From positions 32,001 to 96,000 of the IMG/VR virus record IMGVR_UViG_3300025645_000038: a DNA stretch of 64,000 nucleotides; one strand, written 5' to 3'. Positions 19,801 to 26,530 of the stretch are shown piece by piece (position 1 is the first letter of the stretch; each line of letters starts with the position of its first letter). The position numbers were made by a program, and so were the translations under genes. The notes below the pieces were generated by a model. That model was given only the letters and a program-made list of their open reading frames with translations. It searched no databases and was not told the DNA's origin. The stretch is from a virus.

Positions 19801-21616
19801 TACCGGATTTGGTATCTATCTCGATGATTTACCTTTTTTAAGTAGTATTGTGGGTGGTTTGGATAATGAGATAAAAAATCTTCAATATGGTTCTTTTATA
19901 GGTGGTGGTCAGTTAAATAAAATAAAACATACAGCAGCTGTAACTAATATAGGACAGGCAGGACTTTTCAATAGTATTGTTGGTGGCCAGTATAACGAAA
20001 TTACAAGTAATAACTCTGTTGGATCTTTTGCGGGTTGGAATTTTATTGGTGGTGGTAGTACAAACAAAATATCAGGTAGTGCATATTCTCTTATCGGTGG
20101 TGGTAATGTAAATATTATACATAGTAATGTTAATTATTCTACAATAGTTGGTGGAAGAACTAATGTGATTGGAAGTAGCACATCACAACCAGATTACTCT
20201 TTTATAGGTGGTGGATATCAAAATGAAATAACAGGAGATGAAGGAGATTATAATGTTGTAGTTGGTGGTGAAGATAATACAATAACAGGTACTGGTAATT
20301 CGAATTTTATAGGCAGTGGTGAAGATAATGTAATATCCAGTACTGGAAACTATAATGCTATTTTAGGTGGTGAAGCTAACACAATCGGTAGTAGTTACAC
20401 AGACACCTTTATCATAGGAAGTGGGATAACTGCAAATGCAAGTAATACAACTTTTGTTGAAGGTTTGAATGCTAGTGGTAATATAATCGTAGGTGGTACT
20501 GTAGATGGTATCAATATAGCTGATAGTTTAAACCAAGCAGTTAAGACAACATCCTCACCAACATTTGCTGCTGTAACTATAACTGGTGATATAGATTTAA
20601 ATGGAAACCTTGTAGGTGATGATGCTACCGATATAACAAACATTGAGTCTATATATGCAGACCACTTACGTTCAGATGCTGATGGTGCAAACAACTATAT
20701 TAATTTAGATGATAATGATTTTTCTTTTATTATTAACGGAAATGAAGTAGCATCATTTGAAGATAATACGATTAATTTAAACGATGGTGGAAATAATGTA
20801 GATGTTAGGATGGAAGCACAATCTGGTCAAGGTGGTGCATTTAGTAAGGCAAACTTATTTCATCTCGATGCCAGTTTAGGTATAGTTTGTATCGGTAACA
20901 CACCACAAAGTACAGACGCATCAAGACTTTTTCAAGTAACAGGTAATAGTGCTACAGACATCGTTAGGATATTTAACGATGGTAATAATGAAAATCGAAG
21001 TGGTATGCAACTAAGACTTGGTACTGATAATGGTACTGGTACAAATGAGTACATTATGTTTAGACGAGGTGATGAAACAGCAATTGGGTTAATTAGTGCT
21101 ACTAGTGGTGTTGTATCTTATGGAACATTTACAGGTGTTCACAATGCTAGTATTTTAGAATCAGATTCAGCATCAGCAAATGTTATTACTGGAATGCCAT
21201 CATCAAGTCAATATCACGAATACCCACAAGGAACTGTGGTTTCAATGGTAAGTTCTAGTTATGATGGTTCACTACAGCCAGTAAGTTTTGTAGTATCCTC
21301 ATCAGCTTATCAAGACAAAAGAGCATTTGGAGTTTATTTAGGTAGCCACAATTGGGATGATGACCAAAAAAGTCACGCTATAGATAAACACCTTATAATG
21401 TCTGTTGGTGATGGTTATGTAATGGTATGTAATCAAAATGGTAATATAGAGACAGGAGATTACATAACAACTGCATCTGGTTCAGGTGGATATGGATGTA
21501 AACAAAGCGATGATTTACTACACAACTATACAGTAGCAAAAGCATGTGATTCTGTGGATTGGAGTAATGAATCTACAACCTACAAACTTTTAGCTTGTAC
21601 ATATCATTGTGGATAA
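7865..21616 (+). CDS. Giant (4583 aa) repetitive tail fibre/host-attachment protein with two cupredoxin-like inserts and a C-terminal autocleaving chaperone-like domain
   Basis: Nine FFxG..QFxSGSxxxIEISSSxFHL repeats, many GxIGGFxI and GQITAS repeats, and a SFIGGGxxNxI solenoid near 19300-20450. Two HPF...CTAHxxM domains. C-terminal FTGVH...GDYITT...GYGCKQ...HNYTVAK...CTYHCG (Peptidase G2/IMC-like). Confidence 0.8.
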   Translation: MAIVKRFNRLLGLEKIDVLVDEKDKSRHIIISDMPESLPQGKSSFLIEVSPYMRKGIELQIDFIDSKGNSIYVEPVSNYLEGTSRTVSVEVYNTVAPGVATMIIVGELESIPLDAGNFSDTQEVPDDFKGVYNVRLTKEVIINTAEINVQPIKFYSSPRLTATEKRFGSMEREVVSGETTSSAFSIIGRPTQQEEFSIFESRESEIDSLGAGVTDIDGVPRPPDGDIKGDEADKERQKRHIKKKSIRASSRFKRSKRIRRRRSPEEYPYVFTINDSNHEFTTEEIGGEIKFSNIKNVYDTNQLDEAGLDSSVSFNVVSDTNDENFPTHYTASIAKLENNKSAYVNTPFTKQDKNGNYRLLPMEATGKVHYTKEPSASYSITNIVSYADVTLSHLRTFSGELFKAKVYVKAEGSFDDYKLLAEVPIESPELMINNNSVGIGERTGYFVSDTDLNTYWEKFGGTNGLSTATATSTASFDNSGSLDSAMVSGSISSFTDQIRFQQKDAYKFNLTKGIDYDLSFNAVGEKGTDGRALLMVYVSGSSLNQSNELHHDEKEGLDITEPSQYGKRMGVLEIEAGDNVKKEFGLIRHNFNSNSTGDAKVQFRIISGKWNLSDISVVPSTDTGFSPSFVNFKQELPPELIHKRPETLEFLTEFYDINNNLADEIAVTTGSVFTGANIVITGDDNVLSHNLFIGGDTTGSGIHMGGTSSTLPDDNYSEGATGSGFIRSLGYLGFESASNAALGGKKGFMIYSGSVLPNSGEDYKGVGLELVGASGSLKFRTSPSVFDVQADSFFVGKTTSQFISGSGEKIEISSSNFHLDNAGNVDMTGTITAQAGNIGGFNIEDSKLTAGIGNSAVTMSGADQLFRFGSGSQFDTTAVDGILFGKDTDGKYKFAVGKGDSYIVFDGTAVNIRSEDINVTASVFSIDVDVFKLSSNNLFISSSDGGFISAGNPRPSGITGTSKGIFINGRDPSDTKPKFLVGAADGNRISFDGDNIFMSSSGFFLGSSAQFVSGSDGNIEISSSNFHLDNSGNVIMSGKVTANEGSIGGFNITNDALSSANFLISGSSTGNNFFISSSNFNVKASGDVTASALDLTGGSVGGLTVTEGQIAVGSVLKLKDSGQITGSSVLFTGGKIGGFTIDADEIKSTNVLIDSANEKITLGSANAIKLQGGGTDNFIAMGSKSTFSNEGTGTAGIIIGMDGTNPQAEFVKNSTNYFIFDDGIDIQTDTLVASGSSITLETPKFFLGKKSTQFVSGSNGNIEISSSQFHLTKEGNVTGSAILLGNKGAGQFLQFVNNTLTVQGAITADSIAVPSAAPTPSSSISSGGLLTTVSASIGGFDITSAEIKDSDSNLRLKSSGQITGSKVLFNGGTIGGFTIDADEIKSGTNIALDSTNKKLTINNATFGNEGIQLEFNSGTPRLYVGDGSNEFVKYDGSSVDIRTKKLNASGSNITLETPKFFLGKKSNQFVSGSNGNIEISSSNFHLTPQGNVTMSGEITAAGGTIGGFIIGDELTSTAGTLILRGASGRITASNALITGDINANTITANTAGTIANFNINSTEIASSNNKLRLKANGQITASEAQITGKITATSGQIAGFTINGTKLQQGTSFNLDGNASADFFISSSDFQVTPSGDVSGSKVLFTGGTIGGWTLTSDRLNSLDDNFRISSAGSITIKNHSFGQSGFQVIENSGTTQFYVGNGSTRFIKFDGSNVDIGTEKLTASGSSINLGAPSFRLGSASNFISGSGGSLVIQNTGTTILSGSNVRIETPRFFFGKASSQFISGSDEKIEISSSKFHLKNNGDVIMNNITASNANVSGKMTATSGEIGGFTIGDDLSNSAGSTLKLKGSSGQITASAAQITGDITANTITANTAGTIANFQINSTEIKSANQNLRLKANGQITASAAQITGKITATSGQIAGFSISGNTLTATNFTLDASGKRITLGTGNNIFIADGDEGIQLGHATFASAPFSVTKAGLVKATSGTIGGWTLSGTQISSNNLIMDSAGVIQTSDYASNTKGWRLSPANGGEAEFQNVKIRGTLSTAVFEKETVNAVGGQLYIANSTAITGSATIAATAATMSVANVGGFVANEVLSAKKVSATGFATEYMLVQSASRDFPSSETDFRGKLFVVRGYNSGSTGDSGSLGDVANTSQSFEPGQVIVSTGKIGTGFIRLNANPNDVTTPYIDIVERTGSGVYDVDLKARLGDLSGLSSGLLYGNASPGFGLFTENVFLQGAITATTGSFTGKVHVGTTNGIVIDGNAKKLFQGTGTHNNQNTGFYMDSTGKFSLGDKLVWDSSTETLTITGTINITDGSGFATAASVSGSFPSATSVSASLNASSSALQTNINAVEANVSGAFTSTSASIATKIMTDASGKIVQTPSTSGLSGLILKSTHLGFASSGTFKAFIGNTGNFLFKNDDDNLISFGQSTSVGDGTTTSNLVIKAANAYLSGSSINLLTSRFFFGDSSNFISGSGGNLKIFSTGETTLSGSSVTIETPKFFLGKKGSQFVSGSNNQIEISSSKFHLNNDGNVIMNQITASDANVSGKITADSIVANTTGSIAGFTINSEEIRSSNNNLRLKASGNLTASNYLFNGNGVITGSVTIGTSATILGSLSAGSIATPSSGPPFKSEINSQGFARFTSASIAGWDIDSTSIASVDDKVIIDSSNKRITINNTSFGSAGIQLDYNSGTPRFFAGSATKFVKFDGSNVDIVTEKLTASGSSINLGAPSFKLGSSSNFISGSGGDLVIQTTGTTTLSGSAINIQTPKFYLGQGTSQFISGSDGNIEISSSAFHLDPANNTMVISGSITATTGKIGGMLLENNKLKSQYGDGSVITKIVTVEGSSKYYIDGVQQPTLELKVGNTYRFDNSHSSNGAHPFRFATSADGTQYNTGVSVVGTQGSGGTAYVQITVTADTPTTLYYKCTAHGSMGGQLNIVTIGTLELNGVNGQITGSKVLFEGGKISGSNLEINVPNVTMSGSSVDIRTSQFFLGSNSQFVSGSNNNIEISSSAFHLNPSNNTMTISGSITATDGNIGGFTIDSDEIKSTALAGETVNYTVTNNGSSNYLIDGVSKPALTFLVGNTYVFTMDSGVMSAHPFRIGTSANGSAITDGVTVTSTSLTIVVSASTPTSLYYFCTAHSGMGNSITVNAGIPKLLLNGELGQITASAAKITGDIVANTITANTAGTIGQFTLDSVGLKSSDGALVLSGSGQITASAAQITGKVTATSGVIGGWTVGSTLSATNILLDPATPKITLGSKGTLTDSNTGFYAGTDGIALGASSVFKVTSAGALTATSATVTGDIIANTITANTAGTIGNFSLNSVGIKSSNSKLILSASGQITASDAKITGDIVAENITANTAGTIGQFTLNSVGLKSSDGALVLSGSGQITASAAKISGDITITGGSLAGVTADTISGSVDAVSSSLAGRQTPFETQVVLSSGGMSLNKNDGTSLAEYGAITRIGLAAQEHISASSAGITIKDGSTVRGTFVAGGVTIGNTSQGHVSMSTADVSIKKDANNFAKIDSDSFDIVLNGQTTASFGGTTTIGSTVGRHLKLTGPALEIKTDANTTALSASAAGLEMSGKVVATEGEIGGFNVSGSRLLSTKIGVGDGGATVSSSVFMTPSIGSNAPLPAMGLHAKSGSLGSGFSIFAKNSSTQAGLDINIGEVSGFGVALADASSRGLRIINIKNPSNDSDELAIIGNGGVYNSSFTSTNTKSGFRFVATDDVVTFQVGKADGAHLKFSSADNLMYISSSNFFLGNSSTNFISGSNGNIEISSSNFHLSPLGNLTASNANFETVTIRGGTAANDVSSDSNQSFVGGGTFNLIQQSSFNSVIGAGAHNLINLGSDFSSILSGVSCSIDSHSDRSFIGAGSGSKIISSSNQSFLGAGAANTIKFASSSFIGAGINNSIVGDPSLTPNDVRVGDFPQDDFSAKESVIVAGSNNKITLAYQSFIGSGQNNVISGSVGTINTGFGIYLDDLPFLSSIVGGLDNEIKNLQYGSFIGGGQLNKIKHTAAVTNIGQAGLFNSIVGGQYNEITSNNSVGSFAGWNFIGGGSTNKISGSAYSLIGGGNVNIIHSNVNYSTIVGGRTNVIGSSTSQPDYSFIGGGYQNEITGDEGDYNVVVGGEDNTITGTGNSNFIGSGEDNVISSTGNYNAILGGEANTIGSSYTDTFIIGSGITANASNTTFVEGLNASGNIIVGGTVDGINIADSLNQAVKTTSSPTFAAVTITGDIDLNGNLVGDDATDITNIESIYADHLRSDADGANNYINLDDNDFSFIINGNEVASFEDNTINLNDGGNNVDVRMEAQSGQGGAFSKANLFHLDASLGIVCIGNTPQSTDASRLFQVTGNSATDIVRIFNDGNNENRSGMQLRLGTDNGTGTNEYIMFRRGDETAIGLISATSGVVSYGTFTGVHNASILESDSASANVITGMPSSSQYHEYPQGTVVSMVSSSYDGSLQPVSFVVSSSAYQDKRAFGVYLGSHNWDDDQKSHAIDKHLIMSVGDGYVMVCNQNGNIETGDYITTASGSGGYGCKQSDDLLHNYTVAKACDSVDWSNESTTYKLLACTYHCG

Positions 21617-21628
21617 TTGATAAACCTT

Positions 21629-21636
21629 ATATTTAT
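21629..21636 (+). promoter_or_regulatory. ATATTTATW putative late-promoter element
   Basis: CCTTATATTTATATAT in a 44-bp gap before 21661. Confidence 0.6.
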
Positions 21637-21660
21637 ATATGAATAAGAACATAGGAAATT

Positions 21661-24600
21661 ATGGATAAACTTACAGAATTTTTAACAAAACCATTTCTAA
21701 ACGAAGGAGCTAGAGATCCTGGCATCTTCAAAGCTATCTTTTTAGCTGGAGGACCTGGCAGCGGTAAATCATTTGTAGCACAAAAGTTATTCGGTATACC
21801 TGAAAAGATAAACGTATCTAAGACAGGTTTAAAGATGGTAAATCAAGATAGTGAACTTGAACTTTTGTTAAAAAAGTATTTTGGAACAACAGATATAGAC
21901 AATATGCCTGATGAGTTATTTGCTGATTTGACTGGTGTAGATAAAAAAGGTAAACCTGTAGATTATGATACAAGTGGATTAAGAAAGTTTGCTAAGTCAT
22001 TAAGTAAAGAAAGATTGAGATTATACACCAATGGAAAATTAGGTGTTATTATAGATGGTACAGGACACAACTTTAGTAAAATTAAAAAAAGAAGAAAAGA
22101 TTTGATGGATATGGGTTACGATACCTATATGGTTTTCGTAAATACCTCATTAAAGATTGCTAGGGAACGAAACGAAAAGAGAGATAGGGTTGTACCAGAT
22201 GCTATCGTTGAAAAAAGTTGGGAAGATGTTCAAGGTAATTTGGGTGCCTTTCAAGGTTTGTTCGGTGGTTCTAACTTTATGATTGTTCAGAATAATAAGA
22301 TGTTATCAGATTCTCAAATAACTAAACATTTTAAGATGTTGGTTAGCAAGGGTATAGATTCATTTTTAAAGAAACCGATTAAAAGTAAAGTTGGTAAAGC
22401 TTGGTTACGAAGAGAAAAGAAACATCAAAAGGTATTTAAAGATCCAGGCCAATCTAAGTTTTTTGAATCCATAAAAGTTCCTGTTGATATCGGTGATACA
22501 GTTCTTATGGGTAGATTTAAAAATAAAAAGGTAGTTGTTAAGTCTATCGATTATAATGAAAAGGGAGACTTACTTATCAATGGTAGAACTGCTTTAAAAT
22601 TTAGAATAATGAAGAAGGATACAAACGAAGAGTTTGGTGCACCTGCTGGTACATTACCATCACCAAGTCGTAAGATGGTAAAGAAGATGAAGAGAAAAGG
22701 TAACACTTCAGTTCCTTATGGTAGTGGTTATAAGAAAGTAAATGAAAATGATAAAGCTGAGTTATACAAATTGTATAGTATGGGTATGAAAGCATTTACT
22801 GGTAGTGCTAAACATAAAGAAATACTAAAGAAGATAAAAGTTTTAAGAAAAAAATTAGGAATGAATGAAGCTCAAAAGACTGTAACAGATAAAGTTTTTG
22901 ATAAGAAAAGAGAATCTGGTGCTTGGACAGTCATAGGACATATAAAAAAGAAAGGTAAATCTACCTTTCATGTTAGAGACGAAAAGACAAAGAAAAGATT
23001 TGATGTCAAATTGATGGAACAGAAACAAATCAAAAAAACTATCGGTGTATTTGGTGGAAGATTTCAACCATTTCATAGTGGGCATTTAGCCACATACAAT
23101 TGGTTAAAAACGCAGGTAGATGAGGTTTACATAACAACATCTAACATCAAACAACCACCAAGACATCCAATGGACTTTAAGGAAAAGGTTCGTCACATGA
23201 CAAAGATGGGTATAAAGAAGAATAGAATCATACAGGAGAAAACTCCGTATGTAGCAGTTAACCTATTGAAAAAATTTAATCCAGACACAACCGCTGTGGT
23301 TTATGCATTTGGGAAAAAAGATGCCGGTCGCCTCAAAGGTGGAACTAAGAAGAGTGGTGGTAAGACTTACTATCAAGACTATAAGAAGAATAAAAACAAC
23401 TTAGAAGGTTTTGAAACACATGGTTACTATATCACCGCTCCACAGTTCGGTTCGGTTAGTGGAACACAGATGAGAAAACTTTTAGGTGACCCGAAGATTG
23501 ATGATAGTGAAAGAGAGAAAGCATTCAAAAAAGTATTTGGATACTATGATAAAGGTATCTACAATATGATGACTAATAAGTTTAAAAAGTTATTTGAGTC
23601 TTACGATTTAACAGATGAGTTAATAAAAGAATTTTTAATAGAAGCAACTGGTACAACAGGTGGAAACTTAGACGATGGTCCTTCTACATTCTATACGGAT
23701 TATCCTACATACAAAAAGACTTCTAAAGAATGGTTGGATTCTATATATTCTGATGCTGGTTGGAAAATTCTTGATTATATTTTGGATGACAATGCTAAAA
23801 ATTCTATAGAAAAAAACTATCATTCTGTCCCACTTACTTTTTTAGATCACGGACAACAAGGTGGTTCTGTAGGAGCTGTAAATAAATACAAAAATTGGAT
23901 GAGTGAAGTTGTAAAACCATTAGGTTGGCAAGTTGTGAGTTGGATGGGAACTGAAGCCGCTATTAATAATATCATTGGTAGTCTTTTTGCAGCTGGTGCT
24001 GATGGTGATGAGTACACAGAAGAAGATTTCAAACTTACTGAAAAGATAAACTTAGACAAAGAAGTTAAACTATTATTAGAAGGTGGGGCATATGGACACC
24101 TTAATCATCCGTTTGATGATAAAAATTTGACATTTTCAGATTTTAAAACACTAATTATTAATACACTACAAGGTAAACTTGATAGTGAAGGAGCAGTCAC
24201 AGAAAAAACAGATGGTCAAAATATAATGGTAAGTTGGAAGGGTGGAAAACTTATCGCCGCTAGAAACAAAGGTCACATCAAAAACCACGGTGCTGGTGCA
24301 TTAGATATCAACGGAATAAAGAATATGTTTGCTGGTAGAGGTGAGATAGAAAAAGCCTTTGTATATGCTATGAGAGATTTACAGAAAGCGGTTGGTGGTT
24401 TAAGTGATGCTCAAAAAAATAAGATATTTGATGAGGGTAAGAAGTTTATGTCTTTAGAGGTTATATATCCTAAGACAGCAAATGTGATACCTTATGATAA
24501 ATCTTTACTTCAGTTTCATGGAACCATAGAATATGATTCTGCTGGTTCTCCTATAGGTGAGGATAGAGGTAGTGCGAGAGTATTAGCTGGTATGATAAAA

Positions 24601-25305
24601 CAAATAAATCAAGATGTACAGAAAGCGTTTAAGATTGAGAAACCTTTTATATCTAAGTTACCACAAGTAAAGGACTTTAGTAAAAGACAAAGTTACTTCT
24701 TAGGTAAGTTAAATAAATTACAGAATGAATTTAACCTAAAGGGTAATAATACACTATCAGATTATCATCAAGCTTATTGGATGGAGTATATTTATAATGC
24801 AGGAAAACAATTTAAGTATAATGTTCCAAATAACATATTAGTTAAATTAACTCGTAGATGGGCATTTTTAGACAAGTCTTACAAAATACCACAAATTAGA
24901 AAAGATATAAAGAATGAAAAGTTTTTAAATTGGATATTAAAAACAGACAAAATGGATTTAAAAGGGTTACAAAAGAAACATATTAGAGATTGGGAAGTTC
25001 TTTTCTTTGAGTTGGGTGCTGAAATATTGAAAAATCTTAGTGATTTTATAGCAGCTAATCCAGATAAAGCAGCTCAACAAATTCGTAAGGATTTAGTGAA
25101 AGCAGTTTCAAAAGTCAAAACTTCAAAAGATCCAAAGGTACTAAACACATTAAAAACTCAATTGGATAGATTGAAAGCTATCGGTGGTTTAAAATCTGTA
25201 GTTCCGAGTGAAGGTATTACTTTTGTATTTAAAGGAAAGTTATACAAGTATACTGGTGCTTTTGCTCCAGCAAATCAAATCTTAGGTATGTTAAAATTCG
25301 TATAG
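21661..25305 (+). CDS. Multidomain protein: zeta-toxin/AAA_33-like P-loop kinase, HxGH nucleotidyltransferase and ligase-like (KxDG) domain
   Basis: GGPGSGKS, IIDGTG and MVFVNTSLKIARERN (kinase). GGRFQPFHSGH and VSGTQMR (cytidyltransferase-like). GHLNHPFD, TEKTDGQN, SEGITF, LYKYTG (covalent nucleotidyltransferase-like motifs I, IV, V). Confidence 0.8.
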   Translation: MDKLTEFLTKPFLNEGARDPGIFKAIFLAGGPGSGKSFVAQKLFGIPEKINVSKTGLKMVNQDSELELLLKKYFGTTDIDNMPDELFADLTGVDKKGKPVDYDTSGLRKFAKSLSKERLRLYTNGKLGVIIDGTGHNFSKIKKRRKDLMDMGYDTYMVFVNTSLKIARERNEKRDRVVPDAIVEKSWEDVQGNLGAFQGLFGGSNFMIVQNNKMLSDSQITKHFKMLVSKGIDSFLKKPIKSKVGKAWLRREKKHQKVFKDPGQSKFFESIKVPVDIGDTVLMGRFKNKKVVVKSIDYNEKGDLLINGRTALKFRIMKKDTNEEFGAPAGTLPSPSRKMVKKMKRKGNTSVPYGSGYKKVNENDKAELYKLYSMGMKAFTGSAKHKEILKKIKVLRKKLGMNEAQKTVTDKVFDKKRESGAWTVIGHIKKKGKSTFHVRDEKTKKRFDVKLMEQKQIKKTIGVFGGRFQPFHSGHLATYNWLKTQVDEVYITTSNIKQPPRHPMDFKEKVRHMTKMGIKKNRIIQEKTPYVAVNLLKKFNPDTTAVVYAFGKKDAGRLKGGTKKSGGKTYYQDYKKNKNNLEGFETHGYYITAPQFGSVSGTQMRKLLGDPKIDDSEREKAFKKVFGYYDKGIYNMMTNKFKKLFESYDLTDELIKEFLIEATGTTGGNLDDGPSTFYTDYPTYKKTSKEWLDSIYSDAGWKILDYILDDNAKNSIEKNYHSVPLTFLDHGQQGGSVGAVNKYKNWMSEVVKPLGWQVVSWMGTEAAINNIIGSLFAAGADGDEYTEEDFKLTEKINLDKEVKLLLEGGAYGHLNHPFDDKNLTFSDFKTLIINTLQGKLDSEGAVTEKTDGQNIMVSWKGGKLIAARNKGHIKNHGAGALDINGIKNMFAGRGEIEKAFVYAMRDLQKAVGGLSDAQKNKIFDEGKKFMSLEVIYPKTANVIPYDKSLLQFHGTIEYDSAGSPIGEDRGSARVLAGMIKQINQDVQKAFKIEKPFISKLPQVKDFSKRQSYFLGKLNKLQNEFNLKGNNTLSDYHQAYWMEYIYNAGKQFKYNVPNNILVKLTRRWAFLDKSYKIPQIRKDIKNEKFLNWILKTDKMDLKGLQKKHIRDWEVLFFELGAEILKNLSDFIAANPDKAAQQIRKDLVKAVSKVKTSKDPKVLNTLKTQLDRLKAIGGLKSVVPSEGITFVFKGKLYKYTGAFAPANQILGMLKFV

Positions 25306-25314
25306 GAGTAGGTT

Positions 25315-25845
25315 ATGGGATATAGTAAAGAGTCAGAAAGACAAAACAAAGCATTAGGAGATTTACTATCTGGTAAAACTCCTGAAAAAAGAGTAATGGT
25401 TGGTTACAAAGGTAAAGAACAAGAAAGTGGTGACCAAATCAGTAGACTTTCAGATATTATGAAAGAGGCTAGAATGCCTATGTTTTGTCCTAAGTGTGAT
25501 GTTATTATGAAAAAAAGACTTGATAATAAGTTTTGGAGTATGTTTGGTCATTGTTTTGATTGTCAGGTAAAAATAGAGAACAAGATGAGAATTGATGGTA
25601 CATATAAAGAATGGGAAAAAAATAAAATAAAAGAAAACAAAATATCTTTTGTAAAAGAACAAATACAGGCTATAGAAGAATGGAAAGATATGAAAGCTCC
25701 TGAATTTTACAATAATGTTGGTGTTAACGAACCAATGTTAGAAAAAGAAAAATGGGATGTTAATGTTGAAAAAATTCAAAAAGAAGCTAAAGAGGCTTTA
25801 GAAAAATACACAGAAGTTTTAGAACAATTGGAGAACGAAAAATGA
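25315..25845 (+). CDS. Hypothetical protein with a C4 zinc finger
   Basis: CPKC...CFDC; AGGAG/AGGT upstream. Confidence 0.65.
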   Translation: MGYSKESERQNKALGDLLSGKTPEKRVMVGYKGKEQESGDQISRLSDIMKEARMPMFCPKCDVIMKKRLDNKFWSMFGHCFDCQVKIENKMRIDGTYKEWEKNKIKENKISFVKEQIQAIEEWKDMKAPEFYNNVGVNEPMLEKEKWDVNVEKIQKEAKEALEKYTEVLEQLENEK

Positions 25846-26150
25846 AGTTATGGAAAATAATACTTGGTATCTTAGGAGCCGTTGGTGCTCTTTTTGCTGC
25901 TTCTTCAAAGAGTAAAGAAGTAAGAGAACTTAAAAAGGTTATCAACGAAAATAAGAAAGAAGAAAAGAAAGTTGAAAAGCAAATAAAAAAGTTAGAAGAA
26001 ACTAAAACGTCTTCTAAAAAAGAAGTTGGTAATCTTAAAAGAAAACTAACTAATTCTAAAAAGAAAACTCAAAAGATGCAAGAGGTTTACGATAACGATG
26101 AAGTAGAATCAGCTGAAGATTTTTTGAGAAAGTTCGCTAAAAGCAAATGA
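25842..26150 (+). CDS. Membrane-anchored coiled-coil protein
   Basis: N-terminal hydrophobic IILGILGAVGALFAA followed by a Lys/Glu-rich coiled coil; GGAG upstream. Confidence 0.65.
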   Translation: MKLWKIILGILGAVGALFAASSKSKEVRELKKVINENKKEEKKVEKQIKKLEETKTSSKKEVGNLKRKLTNSKKKTQKMQEVYDNDEVESAEDFLRKFAKSK

Positions 26151-26530
26151 AGATAGCTGTAAAAATATTAAAATACTTTTTGATATCATTCTTCGTGTTG
26201 TCAGTTGCTAGTAGTCAATCTTACACACAAGCTGAAGTATTGGAGATGATAAAAGAAAGAGACTTACAGTGGGAAGGTAAAGTAGACAATGCAAATAATC
26301 TAATTGCGTCTCAGAAAGAAGTCATTGATGACTCTGATAAGTTGATAAAAGAATTGGAAAGTCAAGTAAAAACTGATTCTTTACTGCTTTTTAAAAAAAG
26401 TGAACAGATTGAGTTGTTGAAAGAAAGAGATGAGGCTAATCAAAAGATGATTAGGTTAGTAAAACCAAGGCTATGGGAACATAGATACCTTTGGTTTGTT
26501 GTAGGAATTTACTTAGGGAAGCTATTATGA
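26147..26530 (+). CDS. Exported/membrane coiled-coil protein
   Basis: Signal-peptide-like N-terminus (FLISFFVLSVASS), coiled coil and hydrophobic C-terminus (YLWFVVGIYLGKLL). Confidence 0.6.
   Translation: MKIAVKILKYFLISFFVLSVASSQSYTQAEVLEMIKERDLQWEGKVDNANNLIASQKEVIDDSDKLIKELESQVKTDSLLLFKKSEQIELLKERDEANQKMIRLVKPRLWEHRYLWFVVGIYLGKLL

Noticed and set aside
8651-20694. Many minus-strand ORFs inside the giant gene, and similar ones in the other fibre, scaffold and terminase genes
   Set aside because: They are antisense shadows of repetitive, biased coding sequence, with no SD sites or recognisable motifs.
21700-22410. Zeta toxin-antitoxin system
   Set aside because: The kinase is one domain of a larger protein with no adjacent epsilon-like gene; fold similarity alone does not show toxin activity.
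26491-26526. ORF-track N-terminal extensions (also 7786, 29960, 30813, 31231, 35943, 40889)
   Set aside because: Downstream ATGs have better SD spacing or stop-start coupling, and the extensions overlap upstream genes or their SD sites.
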